Source: Nanobdellota archaeon
Lineage (GTDB): Archaea; Nanobdellota; Nanobdellia; Parvarchaeales; Parvarchaeaceae
DNA: 64,000 nucleotides
Assembly: GCA_021802505.1 (NCBI GenBank)
Contig: JAJZXE010000001.1
Location: 35,683-99,682 of the forward strand
Direction: 5' to 3'
Shown: piece by piece, positions 44,631 through 53,936 of the stretch
How positions within the stretch are numbered: position 1 is the stretch's first letter
Layout: each line of letters opens with the position of its first letter
Made by a program: the position numbers and the translations under genes
Notes under the pieces: generated by a model
What the model was told of the DNA's origin: nothing
Seen by the model: only the letters and a program-made list of their open reading frames with translations
Database searches by the model: none

Positions 44631-45455
44631 TCACAGACCTATAACTGAAAGTATCGGTATGTAACCTATGTAAATAAGGACGGTGATCGTCACAGGCAGT
44701 ATGAAGAAAATGGCCCAGTATACTCTGTTCCACCTCCATACCTTGTATCCGTCGAGGCCCACGAAAGATACGGAGCCCAGCGGCAGCATGTTGAACGCCG
44801 CGAGGTAAAAGCTTATGAACGCCCCCAAACCGGTTACTATGTAACCGAATGCGGCGGCAGGGCCGTTTGCGTTCGTCCCTATAAACATGTATAACAGGAA
44901 GAATAACCCGAGAAAAATAAATCCCGCAACTATATCTATGAGCGGCCCTGCCAGGGATATTTTTCCGTATCTTTCAGTGAATCCCTTCGGATCGGTATAC
45001 GGTTCCTGAGGATCCGGTTCGAAGATTGTCGCGCCAGGCAGGGCGAATACAAAACCTATAAGCAGCGCCATGACTACCGCGAGTATCAGGAAAAACGGGA
45101 ACATGCGGAACTGCGCCTCATATCCGTAGCTCTGCGCCACGAACTTGTGCATGAGCTCATGCAGTATAAACGCCGCGCCAAGTACTATAAATGAAGCCAG
45201 AAAATAAAGCAGAAAACCTTTTCCGCTTATGGGATAAAGCACCACTGCGAATGCAAAACTCAGTGCGACCCATGCTATCAGTATGTCTTCCACCTCTTTT
45301 GTGGAGAACCTGGAAGCAAAGTTCCTGAACTTTTTTCTGCCGCCGTTGTTATATCCCAAATTTGATTTGAAAGGTATGAACTCCCAGGGGTTTTTCTTTC
45401 TGTATATCCTGACCGATGGGCTTCCTCTCTTCACAATTTTCACTTCTTTTCGCAT
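44631..45455 (-). CDS. Membrane zinc metalloprotease (M50-related, HExxH)
   Basis: HELMHKF inside a hydrophobic segment. About 6 TM helices. 274 aa. Confidence 0.6.
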   Translation of the reverse strand: MRKEVKIVKRGSPSVRIYRKKNPWEFIPFKSNLGYNNGGRKKFRNFASRFSTKEVEDILIAWVALSFAFAVVLYPISGKGFLLYFLASFIVLGAAFILHELMHKFVAQSYGYEAQFRMFPFFLILAVVMALLIGFVFALPGATIFEPDPQEPYTDPKGFTERYGKISLAGPLIDIVAGFIFLGLFFLLYMFIGTNANGPAAAFGYIVTGLGAFISFYLAAFNMLPLGSVSFVGLDGYKVWRWNRVYWAIFFILPVTITVLIYIGYIPILSVIGL

Positions 45456-46231
45456 ATCTTCAATTTTAACAGTTCATTGTATATATCCTCTAATTCTTTT
45501 ATTTCGAGGTAAAATACCTTTCTTTTAAGATATTGTTTGTTTTCATATTCCTTAAGTTTATCCCTCAGCTCGTCTTTTGATTCAACATTCAGTTTTCCCC
45601 TGCTGTCCATGAGTGCGGAGTAAAGGTTCTTCTTTTTGTGCTGGAAAATCAGTCTTGCAAAGCCGAGAAATCCCTCGTCTATTTCGATGTTTTTCGGTCT
45701 TATCCTCAATATTATGGATTCCACCGCCGGTTTAGGCCGGAACGCATTCTTGCTCACCCTTGAGATAAATTCAATGCTGGATGTATACTGGGCAAAGACG
45801 GATATCATTGAGTAATCCCTTATCCCCGGGAAAGCAAGCATCCTCTCCCCGAATTCGAGCTGGTACATCAGCACCGCGAGCGAATCCTTCTTACGATTCA
45901 GAAAATAAATTATCTTTTCGGTTATAGGGGAGGAAATCGCATACGGGAGATTTGATATTATCTTGTTTGCGTCCCCCGGAAAAGCTATCTCCAGCGCATC
46001 AGCGTTTATAAATTCAATATTTTTATCATAGACGAGAGTCCTCGCGGAATCAAACAGGTTTGTATCTATCTCTATGGCATAGACCTTTTTTACAAGCGGC
46101 GCTATCCTTTTTGTAAGTCTTCCGTCGCCGCTTCCCACCTCTATTACTATGTCCTCGCTGTTTAGGAGGGATGCTTCGATTATCCTTTCAAATACTTTTT
46201 CATCCTTAAGGAATACTTTTGTATTGTTCAT
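45440..46231 (-). CDS. ksgA: 16S rRNA (adenine-N6,N6)-dimethyltransferase KsgA/Dim1
   Basis: VIEVGSGDGRLT SAM motif and NLPYAISSPI motif. 263 aa. Confidence 0.88.
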   Translation of the reverse strand: MNNTKVFLKDEKVFERIIEASLLNSEDIVIEVGSGDGRLTKRIAPLVKKVYAIEIDTNLFDSARTLVYDKNIEFINADALEIAFPGDANKIISNLPYAISSPITEKIIYFLNRKKDSLAVLMYQLEFGERMLAFPGIRDYSMISVFAQYTSSIEFISRVSKNAFRPKPAVESIILRIRPKNIEIDEGFLGFARLIFQHKKKNLYSALMDSRGKLNVESKDELRDKLKEYENKQYLKRKVFYLEIKELEDIYNELLKLKICEKK

Positions 46232-47367
46232 ACCAGTATCTTCAATACCTGCCCGTTTTTAACCGGCGCATCATTTTTTACCTTTAATGCTGTTTTGCAG
46301 TCTATGGCCCCCTTGTAATTTTTTGCTATATCCGAATGTATCATAGCTGCGACATCCTTTGGCGTGGCATCCTTTTTTACGAGATATGCGTCCGGTAATA
46401 CCCTGCTGAACCCGTCCGTTAATTTTTTATCATCTTCCACCGGGAAAACTACCTTGTAGCCTTTTAGTTCAAACACCAAATGGTTTATCGCCTTTCTTAC
46501 GCCGGTTCCGCCGTATTTTGTTATTATGCTTTCTATTATGTTTATCGCTTTGTCCTGTTCCGCGGTCATCTGTCTGATTTTCTCTATCTTGTCCCCGTTT
46601 AATCTTATAAAGCCTTTTTTCTCCGCCTCTTTCAGCGTAAGCTCCGCGGCGGCTGAGCACGCCATAAACTCATAATCAAACTCTTTCCTTAGTTTTTCCA
46701 TCCTGTACTCCAGGTCATTTACCGAATCCATCTTGTTGCAAAGTATCAGCATTGGCTTGTCTTTTTTCATTACCATCTCCGCGATATCCAGTGCCGTTTT
46801 ATCGTTTATTTCCTTTATATTAAGTTCTTTTACGGTTTCTTTCACGGTGGCGTAATTTATGTTTACCCCTGAGAGATTCTTGAATATTATATCTGCAATA
46901 TCCTCCTTGCCGACGTATCTAGACCGCAGTATTATTGAGGCCAGCCATTTTTTTATCTCGTTATCTACCATTCTTATGTCCGCCGCTGGATCGAAATTTG
47001 TCGTTTTATTTCCGCTTGAATCGGTATTGCCTGATATGTCTATAACCTCTATTATCGCATCCGCTTCCATTATATCGCTTAGAAATTTATTTCCCAGCCC
47101 CTTGCCCTCGCTTGCTCCTTCTATAAGCCCAGCAACGTCTATTACGTTGACTGGTATGAATCTGGTGCCGTCTACACACGGTGCATTATGCGGGTTGCAT
47201 TTGACGTTAAAAAATTTCTCTGGGCATTCCACGGTCGCATAGCCCACTCCTCTGTTCGGCTCTATGGTCGTAAAAGGCCTGTCTTCTATCTCCACCTCTT
47301 CAAGCGTCAACGCCTTGAACAAGGTGCTTTTTCCGACGTTCGTTCTCCCTATCACTCCTATCTTCAT
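46228..47367 (-). CDS. Obg-family GTPase/ATPase (YchF/DRG-like) with a C-terminal TGS-like domain
   Basis: G1 motif GRTNVGKSTLF, G3 motif DVAGL and G4 motif NKMD. 379 aa. Confidence 0.8.
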   Translation of the reverse strand: MKIGVIGRTNVGKSTLFKALTLEEVEIEDRPFTTIEPNRGVGYATVECPEKFFNVKCNPHNAPCVDGTRFIPVNVIDVAGLIEGASEGKGLGNKFLSDIMEADAIIEVIDISGNTDSSGNKTTNFDPAADIRMVDNEIKKWLASIILRSRYVGKEDIADIIFKNLSGVNINYATVKETVKELNIKEINDKTALDIAEMVMKKDKPMLILCNKMDSVNDLEYRMEKLRKEFDYEFMACSAAAELTLKEAEKKGFIRLNGDKIEKIRQMTAEQDKAINIIESIITKYGGTGVRKAINHLVFELKGYKVVFPVEDDKKLTDGFSRVLPDAYLVKKDATPKDVAAMIHSDIAKNYKGAIDCKTALKVKNDAPVKNGQVLKILV

Positions 47368-47714
47368 ATTATGATTATTGCACCTATTATTAAAGAAGGT
47401 ATTAAAAACAATACTGCGTAGTTTATCGCTCTCTGCAGATCGGATTTCCTTGCGGTGTAAACAGCCGAAAGTACTATATTAATCAGTGTCAGTACCCCTC
47501 CGGTTAAAAAATAATAGCTGTTAAATGAATACAATACTACTGAAAGGATTATCACCTCTGCTATTATAAGCGGATAAGAGAAAATCGTTTCAATCCTAAT
47601 CTTCTTCAGGCCGTTTTCCAGTTCTTCCCTTGCCGCTATTCCTATCAGGTAGCCGGCTATTATTGCAACGGCTACGATCGCAGTCAGTCCTGTTTCATGT
47701 AAAAGTGAAATCAT
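47364..47714 (-). CDS. Small membrane protein (about 4 TM helices)
   Basis: 116 aa, hydrophobic. ATGA-type overlap with the downstream GTPase gene. Confidence 0.4.
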   Translation of the reverse strand: MISLLHETGLTAIVAVAIIAGYLIGIAAREELENGLKKIRIETIFSYPLIIAEVIILSVVLYSFNSYYFLTGGVLTLINIVLSAVYTARKSDLQRAINYAVLFLIPSLIIGAIIII

Positions 47715-47779
47715 ATTTAATTACTATTAATTATTATTTAAATACGCGGATTTTATGCAATATAATATAATCAATCCAA

Positions 47780-49324
47780 ATGGAACAGCCTGCGAATGAA
47801 AGCGAAATAAATATAGAAGAGGAGCAGGGGTTAGTCGCTTCAAACAGCGTATTCGGTTTCCTTCGCTCAGGGTCGAAATTCTTCGTTTCATTCCTTATAA
47901 GTGTACTTCTTGTGAGGTTTCTCGGGCCCACTAATTACGGTTACTACACAATCGCGGTTCTTTACTGGGGGTTTGCCTCGACTATAGCGGGCCTGGGCGT
48001 CAATTCTCTGGTACAGTACGCTATATCCAAGTACCGCGCACAAAATTCCGCTCCTAAGCTTATGTGGGCGGTAAGGCACTATCTATTAATAGTTACGGTA
48101 TCGTCCCTTGCCGCTTCGGTCGTTTTCTTCTCTCTTTCAGGAGTGATAGCTTCGGTTTATCATTCAGTGGAACTGGGTTATCTTATAAAGGTGCTTGCCT
48201 TCGGGCTGGTTTTCTATTCCCTGGCGGGTAATTTTACTGAGCCTTCCTTTATAGGTTTCCAGAAAATGAACAACAGCTTCATAACCGGTGTTTTATACGA
48301 CTTTCTCAGGGTGATGCAGCTGGTCGTAATCTATCTCGGATTCGGGCTTATAGGTGCGATAAAATTCTACGATGTAATCTATCTTGCCACCTCTACCGTC
48401 GGCCTTTTCCTCCTGTACAGGTCAATAAAGGGTTTTCCAAAAGCGCTTAAACCCGGAAAGGAAGAATTATCTCACTTTTCAGGCTATAGGAATTTTTCAT
48501 ACGTCATATCACTGATATCCCTTTCGTACGGCCCTGTCATAGCCTTGTTTCTGGGAGCGGTCGCCCCCGACATTTCATCCGTCAGCTTTTACAGAGTGGG
48601 GCTGATAATGGCGGGAATGCTCGCTTTGCCCGCGTCCGCCGTCGGATCCGCTTTCTTTGCATCCATAACGAAGTTTTTTGAAAAAAAAGAATTTAACGGT
48701 TTTTACAGGATGCAGAAGAGTCTGATAAAATACTCCTTTTTGCTGACTTTTCCGCTGGTTATAGCGTCGATGGTCTCTGCACCAAAGCTTATTTCATACC
48801 TGTATAAGTCTACATTTACAGGCGCGGAAACCCCATTTATAATTCTTTTGATTCCTGTCCTCATCGTCAGTATATTCGGCCCGGTAACCCAGGTGTTAAG
48901 CGCCATCGGAAAACAGAAATACACGATGTATTCGGTAGTGACCGGTGCAGTGATAGGCATAATCTTAACAGTTACTTTGGTTCCCGTCTTTTATTCTGTA
49001 GGGGCGGCCATAGCGTATATGACCGTTACCCTTGCCACTTTGGCGGTAAACCTCAGGCTTGTCTCCAGGTATATAAAAATAATTATCCCTTACAGGGAGC
49101 TTGCAAAAGGTGCGTTATCTGTGACTGCAATGGCGATCTTCCTTTATTTCATGCTCAGGATCATAACCCGGCTCGCCTATCTCCCGCTTCTTTTAATTGC
49201 CGCTCTGTTATTTTATACGGTAGTGCTCTATCTGACCAAAACTATAAGCAATGGGGAGATAAGATTTATCATAAAAATCTTCAAAGCGGACAGATTTGTC
49301 AGAATGTTCTATAAAAAGTATTAA
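47780..49324 (+). CDS. MOP-superfamily polysaccharide/oligosaccharide flippase (Wzx/RfbX-like)
   Basis: 514 aa with about 14 TM helices. The N-terminal region (GSKFFVSFLISVLLVRFLGPTNYGYY) is typical of polysaccharide biosynthesis protein families. Confidence 0.7.
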   Translation: MEQPANESEINIEEEQGLVASNSVFGFLRSGSKFFVSFLISVLLVRFLGPTNYGYYTIAVLYWGFASTIAGLGVNSLVQYAISKYRAQNSAPKLMWAVRHYLLIVTVSSLAASVVFFSLSGVIASVYHSVELGYLIKVLAFGLVFYSLAGNFTEPSFIGFQKMNNSFITGVLYDFLRVMQLVVIYLGFGLIGAIKFYDVIYLATSTVGLFLLYRSIKGFPKALKPGKEELSHFSGYRNFSYVISLISLSYGPVIALFLGAVAPDISSVSFYRVGLIMAGMLALPASAVGSAFFASITKFFEKKEFNGFYRMQKSLIKYSFLLTFPLVIASMVSAPKLISYLYKSTFTGAETPFIILLIPVLIVSIFGPVTQVLSAIGKQKYTMYSVVTGAVIGIILTVTLVPVFYSVGAAIAYMTVTLATLAVNLRLVSRYIKIIIPYRELAKGALSVTAMAIFLYFMLRIITRLAYLPLLLIAALLFYTVVLYLTKTISNGEIRFIIKIFKADRFVRMFYKKY

Positions 49325-49347
49325 TCTATCCGTTTTTTATTATACCT

Positions 49348-50127
49348 ATGAAATTAAACACCCTGGCCGTAAATCTAGAATTTGATGAAAACGAGAGAAA
49401 ATTATTTGCGGACGGAAAGGAGGTTCCGTTTTCCACCAGAAAAGTGGGGGAAATGAAGGATGTGATATTCAATAAAGAATTCATAAACATCAAAAACAGG
49501 AACGATGTTCTTTACAGGATGTACAGGGCGGCCGGTGTGGACAAAAACGCAACGGTTTTTTCCGCCCATAACATAAGATATGATGTGACAGTGATAGAAA
49601 ATTATGATCTCGGAGGGGAATTCACAAAGACCCTCGGCCACTATCACCCCCTGGTTGAAAAAGGGCTGGCTTATCCGGAACTGTATGAGGTTATAAGCGG
49701 AGAGGTCGTTTATCTCCTTCAAAAAAGGAATGAGGACGGGAGTTTTGATCTGCAGTTAGTGCATGCAAAAGCCGGCGATAAGGTCATAATGCCGCCAAAT
49801 TACGGCCATTTTTCGATAAACGTCGGCAGCGATGTCCTTATAGAAGCAAACCTTGTAAACTCCACCTTTGATTCCGATTATAAAGCGGTGCAAAAGATGG
49901 GCGGCGGAGCGCTTTTCCTGCTTAAAAACGGAAATATGGTTTTGAACAGGAATTATGCGGAAATTTCCCTTAAGCACAGCGAGGCTGAAAAAATACCGTT
50001 CCTGGACTACTCAAAAAGCATCTACGACGAGTATATCTCCCATCCGGAGCATTTTATATTCCTTAACAAACCGGAATTTCTCCTGTGGAAACACGACTCC
50101 TGGGACATAGAAACGCAGGAGTTCTGA
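49348..50127 (+). CDS. pgiA: Cupin-type glucose-6-phosphate isomerase (cPGI)
   Basis: Matches the Pyrococcus-type cPGI pattern: GGEFTKTLGHYH......PELYEVISGEVVYLLQ...GDKVIMPPNYGHFSINVGSD. Confidence 0.7.
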   Translation: MKLNTLAVNLEFDENERKLFADGKEVPFSTRKVGEMKDVIFNKEFINIKNRNDVLYRMYRAAGVDKNATVFSAHNIRYDVTVIENYDLGGEFTKTLGHYHPLVEKGLAYPELYEVISGEVVYLLQKRNEDGSFDLQLVHAKAGDKVIMPPNYGHFSINVGSDVLIEANLVNSTFDSDYKAVQKMGGGALFLLKNGNMVLNRNYAEISLKHSEAEKIPFLDYSKSIYDEYISHPEHFIFLNKPEFLLWKHDSWDIETQEF

Positions 50128-50175
50128 TTTAGAAAGGTTTAATAATCATAAATAATTTGTCTATATATTTGACTT

Positions 50176-53100
50176 ATGGCTGATAACAATGAACTTGACA
50201 GGGTAAATGAAGAAGCTTTAAAGGAAGAGCAGAAGCTTGAGAAAGAGATAAAGAAAGAAGAGACAGAGATAAAGAAAGAGGAAAAGGAAATAAAGAAAGA
50301 AGAAGAGAGAGTAGAGACGCTAAAAAAAGAAGAGGAGAAAATCGAGCACATAAAAGAGGAAAGCTCTAAAAAGAAGATAAGTGAAGTGGAGATAGAACTG
50401 AATTTCTCCGCCTTTAACAAGATCGGCAGATCCGCCTACGATATTCTGATAAAGAAAAGAGTCCTTTTTTATCTTATTCTTATACTCGCGGTGACAGTCG
50501 GCTGGGCAGTGCACACCGCCAGCGTCCCTGCCCTTCTTAATCCCTTGCAGGCCAATTCCACCGTCATAGGCAATAATTATCTAGGAATGGGCGGCTCGCT
50601 TTCCGGTTTAGATCCGTACATATTTTACATACAGATGCAGAACGTATTAAAGACAGGGAATGTGCCCGCTGTAAATCATCTGGAGTATCTTCCGCTGGGC
50701 CTGCCGTCCAGAACGGATGAGTTGATGGTGTCCTTCTTCGGAGCGTATTCTGCGAGGTTGGTAGACCCTCTAGTCAAAGGCGCGGTTCCGATGACCTCCT
50801 TCATGTTTCTTCCGGCACTCTTTGCCGTCTTCTCTGCACTGCTGCTTTTCCTCATCCTGCTTGAATTATTCGGGGATTACTGGATGGCAAGCATAAGTGC
50901 TTTTATCCTGCCGGCGTTTCTCACTTTTTTAAGCCGCTCCACCGCGGGATTCTCGCAGAAAACCTCACTGGGTTTCATGTTTATACTGTTGACTATTTTC
51001 TTCCTTTCCAAATCCATAAAGTCAAAGAGGACTAGAAGCAAAATGATATACGGGCTTGCGACAGGCCTGGCGACGGGGTTAGCCACCGCGGCCAGCGGCT
51101 ACAGCAACTATCTTATTCTCATTGTCCCTCTCGTATACGTTTTCATGATCCTGCTGGGCTATGCAAAAAAAGGGGACATGCTCGCATACATCCTGTTTGC
51201 AATATGGGTACCCATAAAGGTAAGTTTTGTTACGTTTACGTTTTCGGACGTTATACACAGCGCCCTATACTATCCAATGCTTTTCACCTATGTATTGGTG
51301 CTGTTTAAATTCATAATCTATGACAGATACCGCAGAAAACTCAAGATACCTCTTATAAGCAACGGTTTTTCAGTTGCTATATACAGCATAATAACCTCTT
51401 TGGTCATCGTTGCACTGACCGGCCTGGCTACGCTGGAACACGCGTTTTCAAGAATCTCATCCGAATTTATCCACCCTCTGGGCGTCGGAATCGTAAATCC
51501 GGTGTCGCAGACCATAGCAGAATATGCTCCTCTTAATTTAGTGGAGAGAGTACAGGATTTTAATTTTCTTGTCGGGCCTCTCGGAATAAATTTCCTTTTA
51601 TTATGCGCTGGCGCGGTATTTCTTCTTTACATGGTGTTGAAGAGATTCAAGCACTGGTATATCCCGTTTTTGCTAGGTACGCCGTTCATACTCATGCTTA
51701 ACGGGGGCACATTCACTTATAATGCGACATCTTATTCCTTCCTGTTTGTGTTCCTTGCGCTTGAGTTTATCCCTCTTGCGTACGTGTTTCTGACCAAAAA
51801 TAAAGCCGGGTCCGGAAGAATACTGAGTATGATTATATTCCTTACGCTTATATCGCTGATAATGACAATAGTCCTGTGGACAATGAATGCCTCCGCTAAC
51901 AATTATAAATACGGCGCGGTCGCATTAACCGTCATATTAATAGCGGACTTCGCATTTGACAAACAGGAGGATTCAAACCTGATATCATTGCTTGCAATAA
52001 TTCCTTTTCTTTTCTTCATAATTACCGTCATTCTTTCGAACGTGGAAAGCAGGCTGCTTGAGCCCATAGAATTGACAGCGGCGATAATAATACCGTTTGC
52101 GCTTGTTTATTTCTTCAGGGAATCCATCGGAATAACTAAAAAGTTCGTCGGTTCCGCAAAAACCGCGAATGTAATCTCTGCGATAATAATCATAATAGCG
52201 GTTGTTTTAATCGCTGTTGATCTGCATTCCAGCCTTGTTCTGTCGTTCCACACGGCACAGTCCAGCGGCAGCGGCCTTTTGCTATGGGGCCCTACGCTGC
52301 AATGGGTCAGTCAGAACACTCCTACGAACACTTCTATAATCTCGTGGTGGGATTACGGTTATTGGGAGGAGGCGATTGCCAACAGGACGGCTGTTGCAGA
52401 TGGAAGCAACGCCTACGGCTACCAGTCAATGATAGCAAAATACTTCTTTGAAGCAACTTCTCCGTATGTCTATTCGACTTATCTGCATTTCATACACCAG
52501 CCGACTTATGCTGTAATAAGCGGAAGCGAGGTGGAGAAGTTTTCCGCGATATCCACAATTGCCCTTAAACCGACGTCTTTTACTCCGATGCAGCAGGTCA
52601 ACGCCACTATTAATACGCAGAACATTGGAAATAAGAGCTATAAATATATATTAGACTTTGGTGATACAAACGGCCAGTTCTCTCCGCTTTATTCCAATGT
52701 AACTATAGCGGGACTGCCGGGCAATGCCAACAACGATATCTTGGTTGAGATTATGATTCCGGTAAATGCAAGCAGCAGCGGATCTATAACCAGTATGGGG
52801 AATCCATACGGTATACTCTACAATGAGCTCACCGCCCAATTTTCGTCTCCTATGCCTCTGGATTATTACTGCATTTACAGCGTAGGCTGTCATAATATCA
52901 CGGACAAAGGCATACCGGGAGGGATGATGCTGCTTAACGCAACAAATTCTGTGGACCTGCACATAGGTGGATTTGCGCAGGCACCCGGCGGCTATGAAGT
53001 TCTTCCCATAAACATGTCACAGTTGGGCAACGGGCCGGCTTTGCTCTACATGCCGAATGAAACTCTGAATACGCTATTTGACAAGCTTTATCTTCTCAAT

Positions 53101-53355
53101 GAAAGCATTCCCGGATTCAAGTTACTCTACAGCGACAACCTTCCGGTTAATTCACTGTTAAGCATAGAAAATCAGGTTTTGACGAATGTAAATGTCTATC
53201 AGATCAATTACACGGCTTTAAGCAGATACATGCTGACAGGAGAATGCTCAGTTTCGCCATCGGCGGTAAATTACTGTGATAATCTCAGCTACTTGCCGGC
53301 TGTTTTTGCGAAAAACAGCAAACTTATAAACAATACGCCGATTAATTACTCATGA
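50176..53355 (+). CDS. aglB: Dolichyl-phosphooligosaccharide-protein glycosyltransferase AglB (STT3 homolog)
   Basis: WWDYGYW catalytic motif (ISWWDYGYWEEAI). About 13 or more TM helices, then a large sequon-rich C-terminal domain. 1059 aa. Confidence 0.9.
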   Translation: MADNNELDRVNEEALKEEQKLEKEIKKEETEIKKEEKEIKKEEERVETLKKEEEKIEHIKEESSKKKISEVEIELNFSAFNKIGRSAYDILIKKRVLFYLILILAVTVGWAVHTASVPALLNPLQANSTVIGNNYLGMGGSLSGLDPYIFYIQMQNVLKTGNVPAVNHLEYLPLGLPSRTDELMVSFFGAYSARLVDPLVKGAVPMTSFMFLPALFAVFSALLLFLILLELFGDYWMASISAFILPAFLTFLSRSTAGFSQKTSLGFMFILLTIFFLSKSIKSKRTRSKMIYGLATGLATGLATAASGYSNYLILIVPLVYVFMILLGYAKKGDMLAYILFAIWVPIKVSFVTFTFSDVIHSALYYPMLFTYVLVLFKFIIYDRYRRKLKIPLISNGFSVAIYSIITSLVIVALTGLATLEHAFSRISSEFIHPLGVGIVNPVSQTIAEYAPLNLVERVQDFNFLVGPLGINFLLLCAGAVFLLYMVLKRFKHWYIPFLLGTPFILMLNGGTFTYNATSYSFLFVFLALEFIPLAYVFLTKNKAGSGRILSMIIFLTLISLIMTIVLWTMNASANNYKYGAVALTVILIADFAFDKQEDSNLISLLAIIPFLFFIITVILSNVESRLLEPIELTAAIIIPFALVYFFRESIGITKKFVGSAKTANVISAIIIIIAVVLIAVDLHSSLVLSFHTAQSSGSGLLLWGPTLQWVSQNTPTNTSIISWWDYGYWEEAIANRTAVADGSNAYGYQSMIAKYFFEATSPYVYSTYLHFIHQPTYAVISGSEVEKFSAISTIALKPTSFTPMQQVNATINTQNIGNKSYKYILDFGDTNGQFSPLYSNVTIAGLPGNANNDILVEIMIPVNASSSGSITSMGNPYGILYNELTAQFSSPMPLDYYCIYSVGCHNITDKGIPGGMMLLNATNSVDLHIGGFAQAPGGYEVLPINMSQLGNGPALLYMPNETLNTLFDKLYLLNESIPGFKLLYSDNLPVNSLLSIENQVLTNVNVYQINYTALSRYMLTGECSVSPSAVNYCDNLSYLPAVFAKNSKLINNTPINYS
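50245..50307 (+). repeat. Three tandem 21-nt repeats encoding EIKKEE[T/K/E] heptads at the AglB N-terminus
   Basis: gagataaagaaagaagagaca / gagataaagaaagaggaaaag / gaaataaagaaagaagaagag, starting at 50245, 50266 and 50287. Confidence 0.8.
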
Positions 53356-53912
53356 AGATAATAATCTCCGGTTTGACTGCTTCCGGCAAGTCCAGCGTAT
53401 CGACGAGTCTGGCGCTGAATTTTGGAATAGAATACTTCTCTGCGAGCTCAAAACTTAAAAAACTCCTTCCAAAAAAAGATTTTGAGGTGTGGGAATCGCA
53501 GAAAGGCATAGCCGCGGTAAGGTTTAGATTAGCCAATCCGGAATACGATAAAAAACTGGATTCATATATTTTTTCGTTCCTTAAAACAAAGAAAGATGTG
53601 GTTCTTGACAGTTGGGTGGCTCCCTGGAAAATAAAGGATAAAGAAGCTGTCAAAATATACATAAAAGCGGATGAAAGGGTCAGAGCGCAGAGAGTAAGCG
53701 GCAGGGACAAAATAACTTTCCAGCAGGCGTTGAAATTCATGCGGGAAAAAGACAGGCTCACAAAAGAGATCTATAAAAAGATATACGGGATAGACATAGA
53801 AAAAGATTTAACCCCTTTTAACCTGGTGATAGATTCTTCAGACATGGAATTAAACGATATTGTGCAGTTATGCTCCGATTTTATACTAAAACAGAAAAAG
53901 ACAAAGCTTTAA
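53352..53912 (+). CDS. cmk: Archaeal-type cytidylate kinase (P-loop NMP kinase)
   Basis: MKIIISGLTASGKSSVS P-loop. 186 aa. The position directly upstream of cbf5 matches the conserved archaeal cmk-cbf5 neighbourhood. ATGA overlap with aglB. Confidence 0.55.
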   Translation: MKIIISGLTASGKSSVSTSLALNFGIEYFSASSKLKKLLPKKDFEVWESQKGIAAVRFRLANPEYDKKLDSYIFSFLKTKKDVVLDSWVAPWKIKDKEAVKIYIKADERVRAQRVSGRDKITFQQALKFMREKDRLTKEIYKKIYGIDIEKDLTPFNLVIDSSDMELNDIVQLCSDFILKQKKTKL

Positions 53913-53936
53913 TTTTTAACGCTGCAATCTAATCGG

